Positions 24,813-36,523 of a stretch of DNA of 64,000 bases are shown piece by piece. The translations under genes and the position numbers were made by a program. Location of the stretch: positions 39,744,001 through 39,808,000 of the forward strand of contig CM119372.1 of assembly GCA_051294905.1 (NCBI GenBank), read 5' to 3'. The notes beneath the pieces were generated by a model, which was not told the origin of the DNA, ran no database searches, and saw only the letters and a program-made list of their open reading frames with translations. Positions within the stretch are counted from its first letter, which is position 1. The number at the start of each line of letters is the position of its first letter. Source of the stretch: Botryllus schlosseri (Eukaryota).

Positions 24813-27796
24813 TAGCGGTTCTCAACCGCGGGTCCGCGAACCCTTAAATATTTGATAACCTCATTTGTATTTTTTTAATTCGGAAAATCGCGAGGAAGTT
24901 TTGCTTCATTACTAGTAAAACTCCAGACCTCAAATCAACAGAATGGCCGTCTGAGATGAAATATCCTACTTTGCAGATCATTTTAATTGCTAAATTACCC
25001 ACTGATACAAGTGTTTTGCTGTTTAGAGATTTTTGTTGGGGATTGTGGGAAAGAAAAGTTAGATCAGTAAGGTCAATAACGGTGACTTCGAAATGCTTAC
25101 AACAATCCATTTTCACCTGTTTGTTGTTTGTTTTGAGATATTCATGGTGTTTTTCGACTACTATGGTCATTTACACCAGGCCGATATTCTTCATTTTTAT
25201 TCCGTAACAGCCGACTTATAACACGGTCCACCTCTACGCTTTTGTGAGACACCGCTTACGCGGATTAGGGGCCGAGGAGGAGCCTAGGTAAACCTCCAAC
25301 ACTGTGATAGATAACGATTTTTCCCATAATAATTTCAAGATAAGCTGCTAGATAAAAAAAGAAATGTTTGTCCATTTTGGTGCCATGTTTGTTGCGATGA
25401 TACCGAAATGTGTTGTCGGACGCGTTCCGCGTTATTATTAGGCCTACATTCGCCACCATCTATATTTGTAGACATTGATTTTCGGCACTCGTTCATGTCA
25501 AATCGAAGGCGCGGATTTTCAAGACACGACCACTTATTTCAAGAAATACAGTTGCAGAATTGAATTTGAAATAAGAGAAGTCAACCCAATTTCTACATGA
25601 ATAGTATGATCTTATTTTCAAGAAAAGACTTGTTGTTGATGTTTATCTCCAAGTTATCATTTGCACACAACAGATGACGATTGCACGATAATTGAGCTAA
25701 ATTTGAACAAAACCCCGTGGAGGTCCGTGACGGTCCGAAACAGGGCTGTAATGACTCGAGCCATGACTCGACTCGAGTCACGATTTTTTGTGACTCGATT
25801 TGAGTTCTTGAAGTGGGAAAATGACTCGACTAGACTCGAGACAATATTTGGATTGACTCGACTTGTACTCGAGTCAATACGCATGACTCGACTCAAGTCA
25901 CTGACTCGGCTTATTTTATATGACTTGAAGATGAAGAAATTTGCGAATCGTAATGGTTAGATCAATGCATCAGACGAATTCTGCCTACATCGCTATTAGT
26001 CACCACTGCTTTCATTGCACTCGTATAATATCAGCAATACCGCCGTAAAAACAACAGACAATGGTACAGAGTAGCAATGCATTGTACAAAATCATCCAGG
26101 AATGAAGAGGTGATAGATCCTCCGCAATCAAATTACTCAAGACTTTTCAATTATACAAGCAAACAATCGAAGCAAAGTCAATGAAATGACTCAGATGGTC
26201 TAGTAGGCTACTTGGAAGAGACTGATAAGGTCATGTGTAGATTTGAAGGTGATGATTCTTTGCATTTTTGAGCGACTAGAAAGAATGAGTATCCAATGCT
26301 CTTCAGTGTGGTTCAAATATGCTTTTCAATTCCTGCATCTAGTGCACCATGCCATGCCGCTTTACCATATCTGAGTATCTCATTTCCACTTTATTATTTT
26401 TGAAGTCCAACTCATTGATTAGATCTGCTGTCTGTGAAAACACCCAATACCTCATGTCCATTTGACGGTTTGTTAGGTATGTGCGTTGTGCACGTGAGTA
26501 ATAATGAATAGCTAATGTTGTGTGATGTTTCTAGAATAGGGCCGTTCAAAAATAACTTCTTTTTTATTCTACTGGGTGGCAACTTGATAAAATTGGTGTG
26601 TTGCATAAAAAGAACACTGAATCTGGCTTAATTTTAAAAAGTAGAATCGGTGATATGAGAGGAGAAAATTTTGGATTTGAAAATAAATGGAGTATTTTCA
26701 GTGATAAATTCTTTTATATAATTTAATTATCTACTAGTAGTAAGCCGACTATTTGTTCATATCCTAAATATTATACTCTAATAACTTCGCTTCTTCTATT
26801 TGGAATTGAGCCAAATTTGCTACGAATCGTATTTTTTACACCATCTAACAATATCATGAGGTAGCCGGTAAAATTCGAAAGTCTCTATTTGTAATTTATT
26901 CAAAATTCTCACACATAGTCTTGCTTTGTACTAGTTGGAATTTAGCCAAATTTAAGTTCTTTTAGGCAATCTAACAATTTCAAGAAATAGCCTCCTTTTC
27001 AAGATTTCGTATGTTGTTGAGAATTTGTGGTAAATGTAGGGCAAATTCGACTAAGCTACAGTAAATCAGCACTGAAGTAACGCTCCGGCGGCTATTTCGC
27101 GATCTGAGCAAGAAAGTTGACCTTTTTTTAGTCAACCACCTGATAATGTGAAAGAATAACTGTACCTCTACATAAACATGCATCTGTTGATACTCCATCA
27201 GCTGGTATCTAGACGTGAATTCGTTGGTTCTCTATCAGATAGTATGCAGCCGTGAATTCGTTGGTTCTCCATAAGATATTTGTGAGCTATCGTCGATGTG
27301 CTCATAATAAAAACTGAATGCCTGTATTTGTGATGTATCAGACTGACAAGACAGATATTTGATTTGAAGTTCTAAGATTAGTAAATTTATCATATAGGCG
27401 GCCTGTCACGTCTATCTGTAGCATCGGTTAATGAGGCCAGGAACTGTCAGTTATCTGCCTTTATATACATATGCCAAGACTCTGATAGGGACAAAATATT
27501 CATGTTTGGCAAGCATAGAATTCGATATCACCCAAGCATGATTGAAAACAGAAGTTGAACATGACTTCAATACTGCGATTTGGACTCGGACTCGAGTCAT
27601 AACACTATGACTCGGACTTGACCCCTTAAACGGTGACTTGGACTCGGACTCGACTCGGCGATGAATTGAAAATGACTCGACTTGACTCGAGTCAAAACCA
27701 CAAAAGTAAGATTGACTCGTGACTCGGAACCATGTGACTTGGTTACAACCCTGGTCCGAAAGGGGTCCGCGAAGACAAAAAGGTTGAGAACTACTG
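24813..27796 (-). mobile_element. hAT family A element (inverted) hosting family B
   Basis: TAGCGGTTCTCAACC / GGTTGAGAACTACTG. TSD AACTAGGA/GACTAGGA. Its reverse complement aligns with 19171-19490. Confidence 0.85.
25741..27753 (+). mobile_element. hAT family B deletion derivative (complete ends)
   Basis: CAGGGCTGTAA / TTACAACCCTG. Perfect TSD GTCCGAAA. ~26270-26350 reads RKNEYPMLFSVVQICFSIPASSAP (hAT dimerization domain). Confidence 0.92.
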
Positions 27797-27829
27797 GACT
27801 AGGAGTAGTCTTAGGATCAGACAACCATC

Positions 27830-28150
27830 TAGGCCTAGGCGACGTAAAGAGAAGGCATGCACACTGAATGAAAGTAAAAGAAGGTGATATTAAGTGGCAA
27901 GCGATAAAATCAGGTGGGAAGTGACGGACGGCGAGATAGATATGTCATGTCGTGGTCCGGTAAATGGTGAGGGCTGACTAGTATTCATTCAGCAGAAATT
28001 GCTTGTATTTCGACTTGAATGTGGACATGCTCGACAACTGTCGGATAGCCGGCGGGATACTGTTCCACACTTCAGGTCCGGCATATTTGATAGAGCGATG
28101 ATCTTTTTTGTCAACCATGATAGTCAGATGAGGTGGACGCGCGTATGTCG
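27830..28150 (-). mobile_element. LINE ORF2 3' end remnant
   Basis: Minus strand reads DHRSIKYAGPEVWNSIPPAIRQLSSMSTFKSKYKQFLLNEY*. Confidence 0.8.
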
Positions 28151-28572
28151 TAGCCTACTTATGCACTTTGGATACCGAGGTAAAAAAGTTATTGAAGTTT
28201 GCAATTTCTAGTTTCCGAATATCTTTTGTGTTTAGGACACCGAATACTTGGAGCAGTGATTTGTTGGACACACTTCCTGGTCCCTTTGAGACAAATCCGG
28301 TTTTTCGAATACTATGCCTAATTCGTGCTCATCTCTGTTTACTAGGGATGGTGTGAACCAGAGTTGGCTCAATTATAATTTGTAATTGAGCTGACTGTGA
28401 TCAATTACATTTTTTCATGTAATTGTAATTGTAATTGTAATTGTAATTGAAGCATTTCTATTTTGTGTAATTGTAATTGTAATTGTAATTTGATCAAAAT
28501 TTTGCTCAATTACAATCTCAATTACATTTTCATGGAAACCTGACAATCACAACATAAAATATTCATTTAATC

Positions 28573-29694
28573 CAGTGGTTCCCAACGTTTTTCGACTCAT
28601 CGCCCCCTTTTGAAGCTCCACACCGATCATCGCCCCCCAAATATTGGGAACCGAAAAACAACACCTCGTCAGCAACCCTCCTCCCCGAAAAAAACGTTGG
28701 TCTTTGGACCCATAGCGTGATAAACCAAGCCCCAGACTCCCCTCAGCCAGTGGGCTTTTTGTTGCTAAATATCAGCTATACCCTATTTCATGTACTGTTT
28801 GGTGAGTCACCGTATTTCGCCTAAACGCGCGAAGCGCGACAAATTCATATAATTCATGTTTGAATCGGTCAATATGGTCGATGTGGTATGTTGGAAAAGG
28901 TAGGACCCCTAAAAAATATTTAAACATCTTCGGGCAGAATTGTTGTTATATTGACTTCTTTACATGATGCTATTTCGTGACCTCCTATATCTGCTATGTC
29001 AGAAGATATAGAAATCGTCAAAACGTACCAAACTAAAAAACGCACATGATTTCATATTGGTATTTCTTTACTGGCAAATAATTTTTTCCTTGCGGGATGG
29101 CATTTGTCCTGTAAGGTTAAGGTCGCCAGGACAGGAAGATTCGACGCCAGCCATCGAGGTGCCTATGGACAATTAAACATATATGTATACATATCGAAGT
29201 TTTCGGTCGGCACAAGGGCATTCCTTTTCGGCCAAGGTCTTCTCGCTGCTGATCGTTCTGGGACACTTCTCGGAGGCGCATGTTACATGGCCTCTAACTT
29301 CCTATGTCTAGGTGCGTCGTGGCGCAATAATGGCCGACGCCGAAGTCTCCCATTTTCATAATTCATGCGTATTTTTGTTGGGTGGCGGGACCCCAACATC
29401 AAGATACATGAAAATAGTAAATCGCGCCCGGGCGAAAAATTTTTGAAAAAGTCGCATGAATGTCTAAAAAATTACTCGATCAATCATGTTAATTCACGAA
29501 ATAATTTTGGGCATCCTTCGATTTCGGGCCCCCCACCCCCAATTGGGGGGTTTGGGGTGCGGTAGTTACGGTCCCGACTCCAATATAGCCGTTTTAACGC
29601 ACCATCGCCCCCTATCGCCCCCTTCGTTGTTTTCGCCCCCTATCGCCTCCTTCGTCCGTTTTCGCCCCACTATCGCCCACGTTGGAAACCACTG
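28573..29694. mobile_element. hAT MITE with ATCGCCCC subterminal motifs
   Basis: CAGTGGTTCCCAACG / CGTTGGAAACCACTG. Perfect TSD ATTTAATC. Confidence 0.9.
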
Positions 29695-29898
29695 ATTTAA
29701 TCAATCATTTATTCGTCGCACCAGTGAAAATCCTGTACGAGCCAGGATGACGATGATGGGCCTTAGCGCCTTAGTAAACAGTCACCACATGTGATAATTA
29801 GCCTATTTACATCGGTGTTCTATGCGTGCTGCGTTATAACTAGATAATTCAGTCACCCTAAACTGTTTCCCATACTTTCGTAGCACCAGAATTACAAT

Positions 29899-32055
29899 CA
29901 GGACCGTAACTGCCTCACCCCAAACCCCCCAATTAGGGGGGCGAGCTCGAAGGGGGCCCAAAATTATTTCGTAAATTAGCATAAATTATAGAGTATTTTT
30001 TGAAAATTCATGCAGCTTTTTCAAAAATTTTCGCGCTCGGCGCGATTTCTGGTTGCCAAATATCTTGATAATTGGGTACTCTTCACCTAAGAAAAAATAC
30101 GCAAGGTTTATAGAAATGGGCATGTCAGCGTTGGCCATTGCCGCGCCACGTCTTACCGAGATAAAAAGTTTTAGGTAATGTAACATGCGACTCCAAGAGA
30201 TGTGCCAGAACGATCGGCATCGAGAAAACCTTGGCCGAAAAGTACTGCGCTGATGCCGATACATATAAGTTTAATTGTTCAATGTCCAAAGGCGCCTAAA
30301 TGACTGGCGCCGAATGTTTCTGTCTTGAACCTCACAAGACAAATACTATCCCGCACGGAAAAATTATATGCCCGTGAATAAATTTCAATTTCAAATCGTG
30401 TGCGTGTTATAGTTTAGTACAGGGGCGGGCAACTTCTCCAGTCGGCGGGCCGGATATAGGAAAATTAAGAACTTGGCGGGCCGGATTGCCGAACCTTATT
30501 CGCCCATTTGTCGACACATACAAGGAATAAATCTTATTTAATGAATATAATTTAACGACAGCAATGTGACTTCAAAGCCATTTCTCGCCAATTATGACGA
30601 AGACAATGTGGCTTTGAGAATAGCATTGTCATACAGGCACCACCATGTCTGCTTTTCTCTGATCAATCAACACACGGTGCAATCCTTAGTTAAGATTTCA
30701 AGGCGTTCGATAAGCCCGGTACCCCCAATTTACCAAAATATCATTTCATTGGGGTTTAGTACGTGACGAGATAGCGTGGTTGTTCAACTGTGTGGCCTAT
30801 TTTATCTTGATATTGAATCCATGCGGCCCGCGGCCTCTACGAAATTTGAAAGTGGCCCTGACCCGTGTTGAGTTGGCGACCCCTCTGACATAAGCGGTGT
30901 CTTACAGAAGCCTAGAAGTGTGCCGTGCTACAAGTCGACGGTTACGGAATCAAAAATAAGAAATATCGGCCTGGTGTAAATGACCATTGTAGTCGACAAA
31001 CACCATGACTACCACAAATGACATTAGGGTTGAGTACATCGTAAATGCCGATAATGCAATAAGTCTTCTCACTTCGACGAACTCACGCGTATAAGCTCCA
31101 CCCTCACTCGCTGCGCATGCGCATACATGTGTATAATGACATACAGTCACTAAAATTTGACGTATGCAACCAAGTAGTGGGGATCTCGGAAGACTGGGGC
31201 CGCGTGCCATATTATCATGTAAGACGGAAAACTGTCCGCGGGCCGGACAAAATCCCTTCGCGGGCCGTATGTTGCCCGCCCTTGGTTTAGTACGTTTATG
31301 CGATTCTACATTTTTTGATATTGCGGAGGTCACGAAATAACATCATGTAACGAAGTCATACCACCGGGTCCGCCCGCCCGAAGATGTTTAATTATTATCT
31401 ACGGGCCTTACAGTTTCCCAGAGACCTCACTCAGCTCTACCAGTAAATCTGATAACGCGAGCAGAGAGGACAAGAAATTGATAGCAATATATATGCAATT
31501 CTCGATCTTATTGAACGATTTTATTATGAATCATTGAAAATTTTCGCTCGCGCCTCGCGCGTGTTCACTAAATAATACTATTAATTACGTGGTAAAAGCG
31601 AACAGCGTGATGGAGGGGGGAGAGTCGGTTTATCACCCTATGGGAGCCCAAGACCCAAGTTCTTTCGGGGCCTGACGAAGTACTGTTTCCTTCCTTCCTA
31701 CAGGTATACGCCCGGATATGTCTAATTATTATTATTGATGAGTGGTCCTACCTTTTCAAACACACCTCACTCCGCTCTACCAGTAAATCTTAATACGTGA
31801 GCAGAGAGAGGATAAAAATTGATAGCAATATATATGCAATTCTCGATCATATTGACCGACTCAATCATTAATTATAAAAAAAAATTGCGCTTTGCGCGGC
31901 TAGACGAGACAGTGTTACTCTCAGTTAATCCAGATGATAAATAGCGGAAATATCGTAGAGGCTGAGAGGGGTCTGGGGTCCGGTTTATCACCCTATGGGG
32001 GGCCCGAGACCAACGTTTTTTTGGGGGCGGCTGACGAAGTGCTGTTACAGCCCTG
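29899..32055 (+). mobile_element. hAT family C element
   Basis: CAGGACCGTAAC / GTTACAGCCCTG. Perfect TSD ATTACAAT. Confidence 0.9.
30420..31284 (+). mobile_element. hAT family D MITE carrying a SINE fragment
   Basis: CAGGGGCGGGCAAC / GTTGCCCGCCCTTG. TSD GTTTAGTA. Collinear with 50268-51109. Confidence 0.9.
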
Positions 32056-32074
32056 ATTACAATATAGACTAAAC

Positions 32075-32337
32075 TGGTGGTTCTCAAACTAGGGGCGTGC
32101 CCCTTGGCGTGAAAGCATCTGAACGGGGCGCGACGATCCAGAGAACTGAAATCTTTTCCGCCTAGTCTGAATTTCATAGTGGAGAATTCTCTCATCAACA
32201 GTCATAACCTTCTATACCATCAAACTATATGTAAGGATTGCTAACTTTCTAGTTTCATTGTGTGCTATGACCATACGGGGGGCACGAAATATTTACTGTC
32301 ATAAAGGGGGCGTGTCTAAAAATTTAGAGAACCAGTG
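32075..32337. mobile_element. Small degenerate hAT MITE
   Basis: ..GTGGTTCTCAAA / TTTAGAGAACCAGTG. TSD GACTAAAC/GGCTAAAC. Related to ~39057-40813. Confidence 0.7.
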
Positions 32338-34632
32338 GGCTAAACTAAATATTAATATTTCAAAAATGGATGAACAGCAAATAAACTCTTCTGAAACCTG
32401 TGCTAAACCATTTTCTACACCACGGTCAAAGTTTTTTAAATCTCTGACCAGTACCGAGGCTTGTTGCAGCAATAGCAAAAAAATTCAAGTTTCCATCCAA
32501 GCCTTCATCAAACTTGATCACGCATTTGTAGAGATGTTATCCCAATCTTACCTCCAATCTTGGCCAAATTTACTGGGGCCAGAAACTTTTCGCACCCTAA
32601 TGTTCATCAAATGCAATCTAAGTCTCCGAGCAAGTGAAAATGTAAATGCGAACCAAAATATTGTAATTCTTCGTTATCAGGAGGTTCTTTCCTTTTGCAT
32701 CTTATCGGTAGCATCTATATCGCTGACGCCTTAGCAATTACATTTCATCATCCTGACTCAGCTCTGAGTAGCCTTATCGTTTGATTACATTTCATTGACT
32801 GTCCTGTAGCCTATTCGCTGTTAGTCGATCATACCTTTGGTTCTTAACAGTCGCTTGAAAAATTTTTCTATGCTGGAAGTTTTCAGTACTCATGATTAGG
32901 AATAGTTCGAATACGTTCGAGTTTTTTTTTAATTAAAGGGTATTCTACATATCAGGAATGTAACATGAAGAGCTTGAGATTGTTGCTAAATACGTTGCTA
33001 CGGTTGTCAAAGAACACCTCTTTACTGAATCAATTACCTGTTTAAAAGTAATTGTAATTGTAATTATAATTGTAATTAATTACATGTTTAACAGTAATTG
33101 TAATTGTAATTTGATATTTTTAGCATTGAGTAATTGTAATTGTAATTGTAATTGAATTAAAATATTGTAATTGATCCAACTCTGGTGTGAACCTCATAAA
33201 CGTTCAGGTTCGTGTGAACGCGAACGTGATCTATGGCGCTGCGTGACGTCATGTTGCTAATTCCAATCCTACATTTCAATCAAGTGATAGATTAATAGCT
33301 AGCGACGACTCAGGCCACATTATGCTACAATTCCAAATTACATGCTGGCTTTTTATACGGTCACCAAATTTATCAACTGGAGCAATCAGATGCTATAATA
33401 ATTCCATAAAACTAATATCTTTCGTCGCTTTGTTAACAATTTCGACGAGGACTTGCAATGAAATAAAAGCTTCCGCCTCGGCCTCGATCAGACCGGACAA
33501 TGCATTCAGCGTCTGACTATATTGCTACATTGATATTGAGCTAAGTGTAAACGGGTTTCTATACTTGCTACTGATATTATCAATAAACAAGTTACAGAGT
33601 AGCCAACACCCTAATGTTAATGACACGGATCAGTTTTTCTGATACAATATACAAATACATATTAATTCAAGATGGATCCCATACGCCTGCTACATTTATT
33701 ACATTAGACAACAATGTGGTCTTACATAAATTTAGGTAATTGGTTGAATAAGCATCATTATAGCGGACTACCTACCTGCATTATATTTTGTTCTTGATTT
33801 TCTGTGAGTGCGGGTCAGGTTCACAACATAATGTCGCTAGATATTTACAAACAAGTGAAATAATTTTTGAGATTGGCAAAGTGCATGCTCGTTTAGTGTT
33901 CATTTTTTAAGCTGCCAACGCCATGCATAGACTAATCCGAATTTGAAATGCAAACAAATTTAACCAGAGATGTTATAAAGACGTAAAAATGTAATATATA
34001 AAAAACCTACCAAGGTTCGTTTGTGAACGTGAACCTCTAAATTTCTAAGGTTCACACACAGAACGCGAGCGTGTACCTCACGTTCACACCATCCCTGTTA
34101 TTTACCCCTGTTGCCGAGTTTGTGCTATCGTGTGAAAGATTCCGCATAGTAAAAGCTAAAGTATGTTCCAAAGTAGCTTTAAACCAGACGGTAATTACAG
34201 ACCATGGCATAGCAGTCCCTTATGTAAGATGAGCGCTGCTAAAAGTTTTTTACAATTTTAATAATATTAATGTGCATAAACCACAGCAATAATTTATGTA
34301 ATTTTGATTCTTTATCATCAGTCATCTCTATACCTCTGCAAACCTTGCCAATTCTTCTTCTATCGAATTTTGTAATCTGACCTCTTCGTGCATTGCACAG
34401 GAATAACAATTTGACGTGACACTGAAAATTTAAAAATTTACGTCAATCTCGTCATTTTCCTGAGGGGCAGGTTGGTCTCAGAATGATGTGTGTATTTTCC
34501 AGATTTACTGTGGAATAGACAATCTATCGAGAAACCTGTCCGTCTGTCGAAATCTGAGATATAAATCAATTCAATGTGATAATTTATTGCGTATATTATA
34601 AGTGATCATATTTTAATATTGATTCTATAAGC

Positions 34633-36246
34633 CAGGGGTTCTTAACATTGCCTCGATGATTTTGAAGGGGGTGATATGGGTGGCGCTGGACTCAGGGGGC
34701 GCGATATGGGGGGCGCTGAAGAAAAATGGGTTCGCAGTAGATGACGTGGTAGTAGGACATATCCTTAATGAGTATTCAGAGCAAATTAACATACAATAAA
34801 ACATGTCAAATACCGAAATGTTTGGTTGCACTACGCTACGATGTTTGCTACATATATATTTTCATAAATTACTATAATTCATGTAAAACGAATTGCGCGT
34901 ACTTTTAGATCGCCAATGTCCCGTTAAAACACTGCCGTCACACTTGCTAGGGTTATTTTCAACAACATATTGTGACAGCGAGTGAAAATCGAAGAAGGAG
35001 GCCCTGTATATCACTTATGAGATTGAGAACCTCTTGGACACAAAATAAGTTTTGAAACTTTGTGCGCGAGATGAAAAACTAAATATACTTGCATTCGAGA
35101 TCTACTAAATTAAATCATCAGAATATATTTTTGTCGTATCATTAAGGATGATACCATCCAGTGTTGTGGTTCACAAACTAACATGAACGTTTTATAATAT
35201 GAGTGGCTGTGTTTGGAATACATTCATGTTCAAATCAATTACAGGGTACAGTACTGAATTCAATGTGAGCAGATATGCGCATCCCATTCTCAGTTGATTC
35301 ACTTATAGTTACAGTTAGGTAAAGCACTAGAACAAAATCCAATATCATTAATTTCCCCGTATTGCCAATCGCAGATGTGAATTCGGGATGGCTCTAACCA
35401 CAGGGTATGAGCACGTTCCCGATTGTTATTACAAAAACCTTTATTTTACCCTGAATTTTATACCACACACAATTATTATATGGTTTATTATAGTCGAATG
35501 GTCCTCGAACGCAATTAAAGCGCTAAATATTCACAATACCAAAGTTCCGAAAAGACCGACAGGACTTTGACCTCTTACCAGGACCAAAAATCCTGCAACC
35601 CAAACTTCCAATCGGTGAGCCCGAAGGGTGCCCTAAATTATTTCGGTAAATGAACATAAATTACACTTCATATTTTGACGACTCCCTCACGGAAGAATAT
35701 TCACAATAATAGAAAATAGAAATAGGCATATCGGCCATTACCACGCCACGATGCACAAAGACATATGTAGCTCCGGTCAATATGGGACTCATTTGACTAT
35801 ATAGAGGACATGAGGTAACCAAATAACAACATGTAACGAAGTAATTTTACCAACGGGCACGACCGAATAGGTTCAATTATCAATAAATTGGCCTTTATTT
35901 TCCAACACAACAGCTCACTCTGGTAAATCTGGTAAATCCTATTTCGTGGGCTGAGAGGATAAAAAGCATTATAGAAAATTTTGGCGCCTAGGGCGACCAG
36001 GCCGCACGAACTTTGCTGACCATCGAAATCACGCGACGGCGTTCTCGGTGGCGAAGCCCTCAGAAGTTTGGTTTAGGGCACTATGGCTGCGCAAGGCAAT
36101 CTTTTTTTTAGGGGAGGGGGCAGACGAAGTTCTGGCCCTCCCTCTTACCCACTGCCTTTATTACATTCCTTACAATATGAGGTGCGGGCGCTGGAGCACG
36201 ATGATTTTTAAAAAGGGCGCTGGAGGAAAAGGGTTAAGAACCACTG
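34633..36246. mobile_element. hAT MITE in the FReD2 upstream region
   Basis: CAGGGGTTCTTAAC / GTTAAGAACCACTG. TSD CTATAAGC/CTATAAAC. Absent at the paralogous site near 59270. Confidence 0.85.
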
Positions 36247-36523
36247 CTATAAACAATCAATGTTTATTGCTCGCCTACGCAAAATTTCTGATGACACTAG
36301 AATGACATCACGGCTTCCTCATCGTCCCTTTACTTCGCGAAACGAATCCTTGTTTAATCAAAATAACAGATCTGATGCGTCATCAAGTGAGCTTCCTGCT
36401 TGTAACATTATCTTAAGCACCCAAACCTTGATCAACCCACTACCATCTATATCTTATTGAGCTCAGTAAGGTATGCCTACATCGTAACAGCAGTTCATAT
36501 TGTACATCACATTGCTTCCGATT

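Larger units (their letters stand above)
28359..33184 (+). mobile_element. hAT element with (TAATTG)n subterminal arrays and transposase C-terminal remnant
   Basis: CAGAGTTGGCTCAATTA / TAATTGATCCAACTCTG. Perfect TSD GTGTGAAC. ~32570-32617 reads LLGPETFRTLMFIKCN. Confidence 0.9.
28343..34097. mobile_element. hAT-type MITE interrupted within its left TIR
   Basis: TAGGGATGGTGTGAAC / GTTCACACCATCCCTG. Degenerate TSD CTGTTTAC/TTATTTAC. Confidence 0.75.

Noticed and set aside
32258..32734. 158-aa ORF as a host gene
   Set aside because: It starts inside a MITE and only a short stretch matches a degenerate hAT dimerization domain.
28380..33175. (TAATTG)n, GACTCGAGTC, ATCCCGGGAT and GGATTA motif clusters as CRISPR or telomeric arrays
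   Set aside because: They lie next to TIRs of TSD-flanked hAT elements, so they are subterminal transposase-binding repeats. There is no constant repeat-spacer period and no cas genes.
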